Shown: piece by piece, positions 37,368 to 45,791 of the stretch
Position numbering within the stretch: the first letter of the stretch is position 1
How the letters are laid out: every line of letters starts with the position of its first letter
Assembly: GCA_045632065.1 (NCBI GenBank)
Contig: JAZQWA010000004.1
Location: 1-45,791, forward strand
DNA: 45,791 bases
Direction of reading: 5' to 3'
Source of the DNA: Eubacteriales bacterium
Lineage (GTDB): Bacteria; Bacillota; Clostridia; Oscillospirales; CAG-272
Made by a program: the position numbers and the translations under genes
Notes under the pieces: generated by a model
What the model was told of the DNA's origin: nothing
Seen by the model: the letters and a program-made list of their open reading frames with translations, nothing else
The model's database searches: none

Positions 37368-38342
37368 TTAACGGCTTCTCTTACTCTTGGTTTTCACGCC
37401 CGACTTTGCCTCGGAGCGATCAACAAGGCGGATGAATACCGATTCAAGATCTGTGCCAACAGGGGCAAGACCAATCATAGGCCAATTGTTCTGCACGCAA
37501 ACCGAGAACAAAGGCTTTCTGACGTCAATGCCGGGGTTCATAGAGATAACGAACACGTTAGCGTCACCGTCACGTGCGCCTGTCGCCTCTGCAGACTGAA
37601 TACCGTTGATTTTATTGATAGCGCTGACAACGTCCTTTACAGGTCCGCAAATTCTGGCTTCGTAACGGTAGCCGTCCTCGATGGTTCTTGTAATTTCGTC
37701 TGTTCTCGCGTCGGCAATGATGTTACCCTTATTTATAATGATAACTCTCTCACAGATAGCCTGTACCTCTGCAAGAATATGGGTAGAGAGAATAACCGTA
37801 TGCTTCTTACCGAGAGTACGGATAAGATTTCTCACCTCAAGAATCTGCTTGGGGTCAAGACCAACGGTGGGCTCGTCAAAGATAATAACCTTGGGGTCAC
37901 CCATAATCGCCTGGGCGATACCAACTCTCTGCTTATAGCCCTTGGAAAGATTCTTTATAAGACGCTTCTTCACGTCGTTAAGTCTTACAACCGACAAAAC
38001 CTCGTCAATGTGAGCCTGCTTGTCCAGCTTACAGCCCTTAAGCTCGTAAACGAACTCAAGATATTCGTAAACCGTCATATCAGGATAAACAGGAGGCTGC
38101 TCGGGAAGGAAGCCTATGTATTTCTTCGCTTCAAGAGGATTCTCCAAAATGTCAATTCCGTTAACGTATGCTCTGCCCGAGGTGGAGGAGAGATATCCTG
38201 TAAGGATATTCATCGCAGTGGACTTACCTGCTCCGTTAGGGCCGAGAAGACCAACGATTTCACCCTCGCCGATTTCGAAGGATACGTCGTTTAAAGCGTA
38301 ATTTGAGCCATACCTTTTCACAAGGTTTTCAACTTTTACCAT
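37368..38342 (-). CDS. GldA-like ABC transporter ATP-binding protein
   Basis: Walker A GPNGAGKST, GldA-type signature LSKGYKQRVGIAQA, DEPTVGLDPKQI, ILSTHIL. Start moved to ATG 38342 (MVKVEN). Confidence 0.93.
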   Translation of the reverse strand: MVKVENLVKRYGSNYALNDVSFEIGEGEIVGLLGPNGAGKSTAMNILTGYLSSTSGRAYVNGIDILENPLEAKKYIGFLPEQPPVYPDMTVYEYLEFVYELKGCKLDKQAHIDEVLSVVRLNDVKKRLIKNLSKGYKQRVGIAQAIMGDPKVIIFDEPTVGLDPKQILEVRNLIRTLGKKHTVILSTHILAEVQAICERVIIINKGNIIADARTDEITRTIEDGYRYEARICGPVKDVVSAINKINGIQSAEATGARDGDANVFVISMNPGIDVRKPLFSVCVQNNWPMIGLAPVGTDLESVFIRLVDRSEAKSGVKTKSKRSR

Positions 38343-38533
38343 TTTTATATCTGCCTTTCTTAATGGGGCTTCTAGGCTTTTTGCTATTAAAAAATGCAAA
38401 AAAAGCCACTTTTTCACCATAACTTTTTCATTATATCATACAATTAAGAACAAACTATTAACAAAATAAATAAAAATAATATTTTATTATGTAAAATATC
38501 CCACTAAAACGGCGGCATCTGCGGATTTGCTAC

Positions 38534-38562
38534 TTGACAAAAATTTCAAATCATTGTATAAT
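38534..38562 (+). promoter_or_regulatory. Consensus sigma-A promoter for trpS
   Basis: TTGACA (38534-38539), 17 nt spacer, TATAAT (38557-38562). Confidence 0.8.
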
Positions 38563-38604
38563 TTCTTTTAAGATATAAAATCGGTGCCGAAAGGAACAAC
38601 TCTA

Positions 38605-39600
38605 ATGACAGGCGATAAGAAAACGGTTTTCTCGGGTGTTCAGCCCTCGGGAAACCTGACGATAGGAAACTATCTCGGAGCTATTAAGAATTTTTCAAGA
38701 TTTTCAGAGGAATATAAAACCTTCTACTGCGTGGTTGACCTTCACGCAATTACCGTAAGACAGGTTCCTGCGGAGCTTCGCCGCAGAACATACGAGACTC
38801 TTGCGCTTTATATGGCTTGCGGTCTTGACGAGAAGAAAAATACTCTTTTCGTTCAGTCCCACGTGCCTGCGCACGCAGAGCTTGGCTGGATGCTTGACTG
38901 CTATACAATGTTTGGCGAGCTTTCACGTATGACACAGTTCAAGGACAAGTCTGCAAAGAACGCGCAGAATATAAATGCAGGTCTTTTCACCTACCCTGCT
39001 CTTATGGCAGCTGATATTTTGCTTTATCAGACAGACGTTGTGCCTGTGGGAATTGACCAAAAGCAGCATCTCGAGCTTGCGCGCGACGTTGCAATGCGCT
39101 TTAACCAGATTTACGGCGATACATTCACCGTTCCCGAGGGATATATTTCCCAGGATACCATGAAAATTATGTCGCTTGCAGAGCCCACCTCGAAAATGTC
39201 CAAGTCTGATGCAAATCAGAACGCGGTAGTATACATACTCGACTCCAAGGACGACGTAATGCGCAAATTCAAGAAGGCGGTTACCGACTCCGAGGCGATT
39301 GTTAAGTACTCCGAGGACAAGCCCGGCGTTTCCAACCTTATGACCATATACCGCGCCTTTACAGGCAAGAGCTTCGAGGAAATCGAGCGTGAGTTCGACG
39401 GCAAGGGATATGGCGATTTCAAAATGGCGGTTGGCGAGGCTTGCGCTGACGGACTCGCTCCCGTAAGAGACGAGTTTGCTCGTCTTATGGCAGACAAGGC
39501 GCACCTTGAGGCAGTTATGAAGGCTGGCGCTGACGAGGCGGCATACTACGCTCGTAAAACCATGTCCAAAGTTAAAAGAAAGATTGGTTTTGTAAACTAA
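38605..39600 (+). CDS. trpS: Tryptophan--tRNA ligase
   Basis: FSGVQPSGNLTIGNYLG (TIGN variant of HIGH), YPALMAADILLY, VPVGIDQKQH and KMSKS. Start set at ATG 38605 after AAGGA. Confidence 0.97.
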   Translation: MTGDKKTVFSGVQPSGNLTIGNYLGAIKNFSRFSEEYKTFYCVVDLHAITVRQVPAELRRRTYETLALYMACGLDEKKNTLFVQSHVPAHAELGWMLDCYTMFGELSRMTQFKDKSAKNAQNINAGLFTYPALMAADILLYQTDVVPVGIDQKQHLELARDVAMRFNQIYGDTFTVPEGYISQDTMKIMSLAEPTSKMSKSDANQNAVVYILDSKDDVMRKFKKAVTDSEAIVKYSEDKPGVSNLMTIYRAFTGKSFEEIEREFDGKGYGDFKMAVGEACADGLAPVRDEFARLMADKAHLEAVMKAGADEAAYYARKTMSKVKRKIGFVN

Positions 39601-39618
39601 GGTTTGCAAAACATAGCA

Positions 39619-39664
39619 AAAAGCGATTGTTTAATGCCGTTTTTGGCAAGAGGCAATCGCTTTT
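39619..39664 (+). terminator. Probable terminator hairpin after trpS
   Basis: AAAAGCGATTG...CAATCGCTTTT with an inner TGCC/GGCA stem. Confidence 0.6.
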
Positions 39665-39688
39665 ATAAAATGAATTTGTGGAGTTTAT

Positions 39689-40249
39689 ATGAGAGTAATT
39701 TTAGCATCCAAATCACCGAGAAGAAAAGAGCTTTTAGGTGAGATAATAAAGGATTTTGAGATAATTACAAAAGAGGTTGACGAGACGCTTTCCGACTCTG
39801 TTCACCCAAGAGACGGCGTTGAAATTCTTGCGGTGCGTAAGGGCTTTGCGGTAGCGGATGAAGAGGTGAGTGCCCTTGTTATATCCTCCGACACTCTTGT
39901 TGAAATCGGCGGTGTGGCTCTGGGTAAGCCAAAGGACAAGGAAGATGCATTCAAAATGCTAAGGCTGCTTTCAGGCAAGGCGCACAACGTACATACGGGA
40001 GTTGCGGTGCATTATAACGGCAAAAAATACAGCGGTGTTGCCACAACGGCAGTTTATTTCAGAGAAATGACCGACGAGGAGATTCTTGAATACATCGAAA
40101 GCGGCGACCCTATGGACAAGGCAGGCAGCTACGGTATTCAGAGCGGCGGCGGTAAGTTCGTTGAAAAAATCGAGGGCGATTACGACACCGTGGTAGGACT
40201 TTCGGTGACTCTTACAAAAAAGCTTATAAAAGAGGCGTTAAACGACTAA
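39689..40249 (+). CDS. maf: Maf family nucleotide pyrophosphatase
   Basis: Motifs ILASKSPRRKELL, SDTLV, LGKP, LSGKAHNVHTGV and DKAGSYGIQ. Confidence 0.93.
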   Translation: MRVILASKSPRRKELLGEIIKDFEIITKEVDETLSDSVHPRDGVEILAVRKGFAVADEEVSALVISSDTLVEIGGVALGKPKDKEDAFKMLRLLSGKAHNVHTGVAVHYNGKKYSGVATTAVYFREMTDEEILEYIESGDPMDKAGSYGIQSGGGKFVEKIEGDYDTVVGLSVTLTKKLIKEALND

Positions 40250-40310
40250 AAGTTAAAATCATATAAAAGGTATTAAAGGGTAAAACAAAAACCCATATAC
40301 GAGGCATTAA

Positions 40311-40976
40311 ATGACTAAAGCAGAAAAGAAAAAACGTCTTTCCGAAATCGTGGAAAGACTTAAAGAAATATATCCGAGCGCCGAGTGTGCATTGAATTAC
40401 GGCGGCGACCCCTGGAAGCTGCTTGTAATGGGCAGACTTTCAGCTCAATGCACCGACGCGCGAGTAAATATCGTCTGCGAGGAGCTTTTCAGACGCTTCC
40501 CCACCGCGCTTGATATGGCAAACGGCGATATTTCGGAGATTGAGGAAATCGTAAAGCCCTGCGGTCTTTACAGAATGAAGGCTGACAACATAAAATCGGC
40601 TTCACAGCTTCTGGTTACGAAATACGGCGGTATTCTTCCCGACACTATGGAAGAGCTGCTTGAATTTGACGGTGTTGGAAGAAAAATCGCCAATCTTCTG
40701 CTGGGTGACGTATTCGGCAAGGAAGCAATCGTCTGTGACACACATTGTATCAGAATTTGCGGCAGGCTCGGCATGTATCCCGAAAAGGAAAAGGACCCTA
40801 CAAAAATAGAAAAAATACTCCGCGAGCTTATAGACTTAAAGGAAGGCAGCGATTTTTGCCACAGAATAGTGATTTTCGGCAGAGAAATCTGCACCGCACG
40901 CGCTCCAAAGTGCGAAAATTGCCCCATGAGCGACCTCTGTCTTAATTTTGAAAAGGCAAAGGCAAAAAAATCCTAA
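40311..40976 (+). CDS. nth: Endonuclease III
   Basis: LSAQCTDARVN, HhH motif GVGRKIAN, CDTH, and the [4Fe-4S] motif CTARAPKCENCPMSDLC. Confidence 0.95.
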   Translation: MTKAEKKKRLSEIVERLKEIYPSAECALNYGGDPWKLLVMGRLSAQCTDARVNIVCEELFRRFPTALDMANGDISEIEEIVKPCGLYRMKADNIKSASQLLVTKYGGILPDTMEELLEFDGVGRKIANLLLGDVFGKEAIVCDTHCIRICGRLGMYPEKEKDPTKIEKILRELIDLKEGSDFCHRIVIFGREICTARAPKCENCPMSDLCLNFEKAKAKKS

Positions 40977-41025
40977 TCCGACACCGAAATTACAATTTCA
41001 CAAAAAATCTTAAAAAGGCAAAGCA

Positions 41026-41613
41026 ATGGAAAAAATTAAAATTGACCTGCCTATAATCGTTGAGGGCAGGTATGACAAAAGCGCCCTCTCAGGCTTTATC
41101 GACGGAACGATAATTACTACGGGCGGCTTCTCCATATTCAACAACAAGGAAAAGCAAACGCTTATCCGCAGACTTGCAGAGGGCGGAATTATTATTCTAA
41201 CCGACTCCGACGGCGGCGGAAAGCAGATACGCTCATTTCTTCAAGGAATTCTTCCCGCAGACAAGATACACAACCTCTACATACCCAAAATAGAGGGCAA
41301 AGAGAGCAGAAAAAGAAAAGCCTCTAAAAGCGGCAACCTAGGCGTCGAGGGAATGGACAAAGAAATTATAATTCGTCTACTCACCCCCTTTATAAGCGGC
41401 AATTCAGAGCAAAAAAGTGCTAAAATGATAACTAAAGTTGACTTTTTTGCAGACAAACTCACCGGTTGCGACAACGCATCGGCAAACAGAGAGGCTCTCT
41501 GCCGTCTTGCAAATCTCCCTGATGACATGACTCCAAACGCCCTGCTTGAAGCCATGAATATCCTATACGGATACGACGGATACAAGAAGCTTGTAGAACA
41601 AATAAAAAAGTGA
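41026..41613 (+). CDS. rnmV: Ribonuclease M5-like toprim protein (with DUF4093-like C-terminus)
   Basis: Motifs IIVEGRYD, IIILTDSDGGGKQIR and LGVE. Confidence 0.8.
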   Translation: MEKIKIDLPIIVEGRYDKSALSGFIDGTIITTGGFSIFNNKEKQTLIRRLAEGGIIILTDSDGGGKQIRSFLQGILPADKIHNLYIPKIEGKESRKRKASKSGNLGVEGMDKEIIIRLLTPFISGNSEQKSAKMITKVDFFADKLTGCDNASANREALCRLANLPDDMTPNALLEAMNILYGYDGYKKLVEQIKK

Positions 41614-41639
41614 AATGCATTGCATTTCACTTTTTTATT
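41601..41639. terminator. Bidirectional terminator overlapping the rnmV stop
   Basis: AATAAAAAAGTGAAATGCA-t-TGCATTTCACTTTTTTATT between convergent genes. Confidence 0.8.
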
Positions 41640-41640
41640 A

Positions 41641-42330
41641 TTAAATCTTTACTTCCTTAAAGGGCTCAAGAATGAGTCTGTCGTCAAAATCGAACTCCTC
41701 GGGAGTTATATCGTCAACAAGTCCGTAGTGGGTGGGAATAGCGCATTTTGCGCCAATTTCATAGGCGAAATCTGCCGCATCGCGAGCATTCATATTGTTT
41801 CCTCTGCCGTTGATGGGCAGGAACGCGTAGTCAACTCCGTCGGGCGCAAGGTCAAGGACGTCGTCAATAACCTCGTAATTGTAGAGAGTATCACCGCTTA
41901 CGTAGTAGGTCTGCTTGCCGTCGTCAATGATAAATCCAACGGCTGTGCGGTCGGTATGCTCTGCCCTCACCGAGTAGAATGTAACACCGTTAACACTCCA
42001 AACCGAGTGGGGAGAGAGAAGCACGTAATTGTGATTGCCACCAAGGGTTACCGCCTTATTGTATGCCGACTCGGAACAAAGAATAGTTACCGATTTATCG
42101 CTGTTTTCAAGGATTTTGCCAAGAGTTTGCATATCAAGATGGTCCACGTGCTCGTGAGTCACAAGAATTACGTCGGGATTTACGCTATAATACTCCTCGG
42201 GAACTGCGAATTTTCTCTTCTTTTCAGGATATTTTTCTGCCACAGCGTCAGAAAAATATGGGTCTATCATTATTTTAAGTTTACTATTTTCAAACAAGAT
42301 GCCCGATTGAGCAAGCCAGGTTACTTTCAT
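41641..42330 (-). CDS. Metallo-beta-lactamase fold hydrolase (UlaG/UPF0173-like)
   Basis: IMIDPYFS, HxHxDH motif THEHVDHLD, YVSGDT, LPING and IPTHY. Confidence 0.88.
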   Translation of the reverse strand: MKVTWLAQSGILFENSKLKIMIDPYFSDAVAEKYPEKKRKFAVPEEYYSVNPDVILVTHEHVDHLDMQTLGKILENSDKSVTILCSESAYNKAVTLGGNHNYVLLSPHSVWSVNGVTFYSVRAEHTDRTAVGFIIDDGKQTYYVSGDTLYNYEVIDDVLDLAPDGVDYAFLPINGRGNNMNARDAADFAYEIGAKCAIPTHYGLVDDITPEEFDFDDRLILEPFKEVKI

Positions 42331-42360
42331 TACAAAAACCTTCCTTTATATAAAATACCT

Positions 42361-42849
42361 TTAAATCAAAATAAATCCGCCGATAAGCGAGGTTATTATG
42401 CCAATTGCACCGCCTACAACGACGTCACGAACAAAGTGAAGCCCCAGCGCCACACGGCAAAAGCAGAGCAAGACGCCAAGAACCAGCGTAACTACTCCAA
42501 CAGGAACCGAAGCGAACAGGCAAAGTGTTCCAATGGCAAAAACGGAAAAGCTATGCCGTGAGGGGAATGAATTTCCGACCTTATTTTCAGGCGACTTTTC
42601 CAAAAAGTCGTATATCTCATAAGGCCTTGGAGCATTGATAATCCTGCGAAGCAGGCTTACAACTACAAAGGGCGCGCCGAGGGTGACAATACAACCGAGA
42701 AGCATCGCAAGCGACCTTGTAGCAAAATAGGTAAGCATACAGGCAAACACAATAACCGAAAAAACGGTAATGGCAAAGTTACATACAGAGAGAGCATTGG
42801 CAAGCTTCTTTTTGCTATTTACTTTTCTAACAAGCCTTTCTGCGCTCAT
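42361..42849 (-). CDS. PAP2 family membrane phosphatase
   Basis: RRIINAPRPY, SFPSRH and RVALGLHFVRDV with TM helices. ATG 42849 taken as the likely start. Confidence 0.85.
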   Translation of the reverse strand: MSAERLVRKVNSKKKLANALSVCNFAITVFSVIVFACMLTYFATRSLAMLLGCIVTLGAPFVVVSLLRRIINAPRPYEIYDFLEKSPENKVGNSFPSRHSFSVFAIGTLCLFASVPVGVVTLVLGVLLCFCRVALGLHFVRDVVVGGAIGIITSLIGGFILI

Positions 42850-42885
42850 TGAATTCACACACCTCACCCTTTCTTTTCTAAGATA

Positions 42886-42992
42886 ATTATAACCGTAATT
42901 TCCTTTAATGTCAAGTTTTATTGTTAATATTTTGTGATGTAGGGCTTTGTCGACTTAAAATGGTTGACTTATTAAAAAAGTTGTGATAAAAT
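42886..42992. promoter_or_regulatory. Divergent sigma-A promoters
   Basis: Minus strand: TTGACA (42914-42909), 17 nt, TATAAT (42891-42886). Plus strand: TTGACT (42964-42969), 17 nt, TAAAAT (42987-42992). Confidence 0.65.
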
Positions 42993-43030
42993 ACTTTAGT
43001 GTAAATAAAACTTAAAAAGGGGACCGAAAA

Positions 43031-43849
43031 ATGAAGAATTTTTTGAAAAAATACGAAAAAATCGTTAAAATACTCCTTATCCTGCTTACATTCGTGCTGA
43101 TTTCGGTGGCTGCAACCATTGTGCTTAGCCTGTTTGGAATCATTTATTTTGAGGGCGGTGATATGCAGATAAACGTTGCGCTCTTCGATGCCTTTAAAAC
43201 CACGTGGTACGGCTGTATTCTTATTATACTTATCCAGGTTGTTATAACCTCGCTCCTTTCATTCGTTCCCGGAGCGTCGATGGCGTTTATTATGCTGTTG
43301 CAGGCGCTTTATAATAATCCAATCCTCGCCTTTATCGTTGCCCTCTCGGGCGTGTTCCTTTCCAGCTTTATGCTTTATATTATTGGAAGATTCGGCGGAT
43401 ATAATCTTTGCAAAAAGCTTCTCGGTGAGAAGGATTGCGAGAAGGCATCTGACCTGCTTAACAACAAGGGACTTATTTTCTTCCCTGTTATGATGCTCTT
43501 CCCCATGTTCCCCGACGATGCGCTGACCATGGTTGCAGGAACGCTGAAAATGTCGCTGAAATGGTTTATTCCCTCTATCGTAATCGCCCGCGGAATAGGC
43601 GTTGCTACCATTATCTTCGGTCTTTCCTTCGTTCCCTTCGATAAATTCACTACCGTTTGGCATTGGATTGCTTTTATCCTGATTTGCGCTATCGGCATTG
43701 CCCTGGTATTCTTCCTTGCGGCAAAGCTTAATAAGTATTTGGCTAACAAAAATGCAAAGCCTGCTGCTACCGAAACTAATGAGGCTTGCGAAGAAGCAAT
43801 CTCAGAAGAAGCGGAAGAATCGGTTGAAGAAAAAGAAGAAACAGTATAA
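43031..43849 (+). CDS. TVP38/TMEM64 (VTT/DedA superfamily) membrane protein
   Basis: Multiple TMs, LYIIGRFGG, LFPMFPDDALTMVAG, and an acidic tail. Confidence 0.85.
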   Translation: MKNFLKKYEKIVKILLILLTFVLISVAATIVLSLFGIIYFEGGDMQINVALFDAFKTTWYGCILIILIQVVITSLLSFVPGASMAFIMLLQALYNNPILAFIVALSGVFLSSFMLYIIGRFGGYNLCKKLLGEKDCEKASDLLNNKGLIFFPVMMLFPMFPDDALTMVAGTLKMSLKWFIPSIVIARGIGVATIIFGLSFVPFDKFTTVWHWIAFILICAIGIALVFFLAAKLNKYLANKNAKPAATETNEACEEAISEEAEESVEEKEETV

Positions 43850-43885
43850 AAAATCTCTCTCATCTTAAGGTGAGAGAGATTTTTT
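43848..43885. terminator. Bidirectional terminator
   Basis: AAAAAATCTCTCTCATC-ttaa-GGTGAGAGAGATTTTTT between convergent stops. Confidence 0.85.
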
Positions 43886-44192
43886 AATGCAGTATTCTCA
43901 GCAAAGAAATAAAAGCATAAAACAATGTTACGGCAAAAGCTCCTAAACCTAAAAGAGCGGTTATGTAATACCAACCGTATTCCTTCAAATATTTTATCCG
44001 CAATACAAAAGTTCCTATCATCATTATAACGTTTAAAACCATAAACACACAAGCAGCATACCAAGAAAAAAGCATTGCTTCGCCAAAAAAGTTGCTTCCG
44101 TATTCGACATTCATTGATAAATACAAACAAGCGGAACAAAAAAGGCTAAGCACCAAAAGAATTATTGCAGTTAAATAGGTGATTTTCTTCAC
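43884..44192 (-). CDS. Small 3-TM membrane protein (candidate immunity protein)
   Basis: GTG start with AGGAG RBS, three hydrophobic segments, AT-rich DNA, directly downstream of the toxin-like fragment. Confidence 0.6.
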   Translation of the reverse strand: MKKITYLTAIILLVLSLFCSACLYLSMNVEYGSNFFGEAMLFSWYAACVFMVLNVIMMIGTFVLRIKYLKEYGWYYITALLGLGAFAVTLFYAFISLLRILH

Positions 44193-44223
44193 TATATTCT
44201 CCTTTTACATTATTAATGGTTGA

Positions 44224-44796
44224 TTAAGGTCTTAAAACTATATCTCCGGGAATTTTAGGTACAACTTCATAAACGGTTTCCGGAACATTATACGGCTCTG
44301 TTGAATTTGTATATGCATAAAAATCACCTATTGCAGTTTTCCTTATGGTTATACCCGTTGCCATATAATAAATAGACATAGAAATATATTCATAATCAAA
44401 AACGATATATATAAGTTCTCCGTTATTCACCATTGATTCCGCAATCGCATTTATTTCATCATCTGACAATCCGACAGATGAAAAATTGTTGGAAGTGAAA
44501 TAATTATAAGCAACCCTGTTATTAAACATATCCATTTCTTTGTGTAAAACAGAGTTTCCGTCAAAATTCTCATGGGCTGTTACAAAATCAAGTGCAAATT
44601 TCGCTGATGTGTAATCACATAAAAGCATTGTCCAACTCGCATGCTTAAAGGCATTACCAATATTACCATCTTTACTTTCTTCAGGCAAATAATGATTCTG
44701 CGTTTGTACCTCAGCAACATGTTTTGACCAAACGACTCCAGGAATATAGTACCAAAACTCTTTAAGCAATTCCAGTTCACCCACAGTTAACTTGTA
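44224..44796 (-). pseudogene. Probably 5'-truncated polymorphic-toxin-type C-terminal domain (DUF6973-like)
   Basis: Motifs GNAFKHASW, AHE and EMDMFNN. No RBS before GTG 44784, and an in-frame stop lies 4 codons upstream. AT-rich DNA. Confidence 0.5.
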
Positions 44797-44860
44797 TCAA
44801 TAATTTCAAACCTTTTGCCACCCAAGAGAACACGCGTATTTTTTATATAAAATATTTAAT

Positions 44861-45565
44861 TCACTTTTTAGAAACAAGATCTTTAATAACCTCGCCGGCT
44901 ATGATAAGTCCCATAACCGAGGGAACAAAGGAAATGCTGGCTGGAACGCGGTTTCCGTCCTCGTCAACGTTGTTCTTCACCACGGGCTCTTCCTTGGAGT
45001 AAACCACCTTCAAGTGATTTATTCCACGCTTGCGAAGCGCAACTCTGACAGCCCTTGCAAGAGGGCAAACGGTGGTTTTTGATATATCCGCCACCTCAAA
45101 CATCGTAGGGTCGAGCTTGTTGCCTGCGCCCATTGCCGAGATAATGGGTGTACCCGCTTCCTTTACCGAAGCGATAAGCTCAATCTTCGCTGTCAGCGAA
45201 TCTATGGCGTCAATTACGTAATCATAGTCGGAAAAAGTAAAGTTTTCTTTACTTTCTGCATCAAAGAACAGATTGAAGCACTTTACGGTGCAATCGGGAT
45301 TGATGGTTGCAATTCTGTCACGAGCCGCCTCGGTCTTATACTGACCGACGGTTTGGTGAGTAGCAATTATCTGTCTGTTGATATTGGAGAGAGCCACCTT
45401 GTCAGAGTCGATAAGGTCGATATGTCCGACACCTGCTCTGGCAAGCGCCTCTGTGGCATATCCGCCAACTCCGCCAACTCCGAAAACGGCAACTCTGGCA
45501 GAGGCAAGTCTTTGTACACTCTCCTTGCCGATAAGCATTTCGGTGCGTGAATGTTGTTCTTTCAT
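44861..45565 (-). CDS. tcdA: tRNA threonylcarbamoyladenosine dehydratase (ThiF/E1-like)
   Basis: Motifs VAVFGVGGVG, SNINRQ, YVIDAID, SAMGAGNKLDP, CPLAR, VVYSKE and SFVPSVMGL. Confidence 0.9.
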   Translation of the reverse strand: MKEQHSRTEMLIGKESVQRLASARVAVFGVGGVGGYATEALARAGVGHIDLIDSDKVALSNINRQIIATHQTVGQYKTEAARDRIATINPDCTVKCFNLFFDAESKENFTFSDYDYVIDAIDSLTAKIELIASVKEAGTPIISAMGAGNKLDPTMFEVADISKTTVCPLARAVRVALRKRGINHLKVVYSKEEPVVKNNVDEDGNRVPASISFVPSVMGLIIAGEVIKDLVSKK

Positions 45566-45574
45566 ATTTTTCTC

Positions 45575-45633
45575 ACTTTCCGAGATAAATCCGCTGATTA
45601 TTATAAATCAACTTTTACTTTCCGAGATAAATC
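45575..45633. repeat. 17-bp direct repeat duplicating the mnmG 3' end
   Basis: ACTTTCCGAGATAAATC at 45575-45591 and 45617-45633. Confidence 0.8.
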
Positions 45634-45791
45634 AAGAGCACGCTGATATCCGCAGGGTTAACACCGCTGATACGAGCTGCCTGACCGATGCTCACAGGGC
45701 GGATTTTCGAAAGCTTTTCGGCAGATTCAAGGCGCAGACCGACGATTTTTGAATAATCTATGTCGGGCGGAAGAAGCTTTGTTTCCAGCTT
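45615..45791 (-). CDS. mnmG: tRNA uridine-5-carboxymethylaminomethyl(34) synthesis enzyme MnmG/GidA (partial, C-terminus only)
   Basis: Not in the ORF track. Manual translation [58 protein letters not shown] matches the GidA C-terminal signature. Confidence 0.93.
   Translation of the reverse strand, partial: KLETKLLPPDIDYSKIVGLRLESAEKLSKIRPVSIGQAARISGVNPADISVLLIYLGK

Noticed and set aside
33413-38342. Gliding motility machinery
   Set aside because: Only GldA/F/G-like ABC parts are present. No T9SS or motor genes are in the window, and such modules occur in non-gliding Firmicutes.
38343-38420. ORF-track N-terminal extensions (gldA-like 38420; likewise pyrK 10005, MATE 19008, trpS 38584, PAP2 42867)
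   Set aside because: Downstream ATGs have better RBS spacing and match the expected family N-termini.
42545-42575. PAP2 motif PSRH instead of the usual PSGH as a sign of inactivation
   Set aside because: The catalytic His residues and the other motifs are intact. A single substitution is not enough to claim loss or change of function.
41620-44139. ORFs 41620-42561 (+) and 43375-44139 (-)
   Set aside because: They overlap better-supported genes and run through clear terminators or intergenic regions.
1-45791. Prophage, IS, integron, retron/DGR, tRNA or rRNA genes
   Set aside because: No integrase, transposase, reverse transcriptase, phage structural gene or recognisable stable-RNA sequence was found by eye.

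Overview
Chromosomal window from a Firmicute, most likely Clostridia (inferred from gene content, near-consensus sigma-A promoters and AGGAG-type RBSs). Left to right: a SCIFF ranthipeptide pair that the ORF track missed (scfA plus partial radical-SAM scfB); a BspA-type LRR lipoprotein; an unusual pyrimidine operon (pyrC-carB-pyrK-pyrD-[GH2]-pyrF-pyrE-pyrB) with no carA, pyrR or pyrI, whose PyrB carries a fused PyrI-like Zn domain; a MacB-like ABC fusion, MATE, DegV, cysK; nrdD with tandem NrdR boxes; a 54-aa small ORF and a Sel1-repeat protein. Next is a ~12.6 kb minus-strand cluster: a GldA/GldF/GldG/GldG-like ABC module, a DUF4340-like protein with inserted FKBP-like modules, and two exported trigger-factor-like proteins, with rnhA between the last two. 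The right end has trpS-maf-nth-RNase M5-like, an MBL hydrolase, PAP2, a VTT/DedA protein, an AT-rich orphan toxin-like fragment plus small membrane gene, tcdA and the 3' end of mnmG. The two best novelty candidates are (1) the Gld-like ABC/extracytoplasmic foldase cluster and (2) a dispersed ~125-nt structured element with a GAAGGCGTAG-loop-CTACGTCGA core, present in three copies that each sit at a stop codon. No tRNA, rRNA, CRISPR array, integrase or transposase was seen. All family calls come from motif recognition by eye, not database searches.
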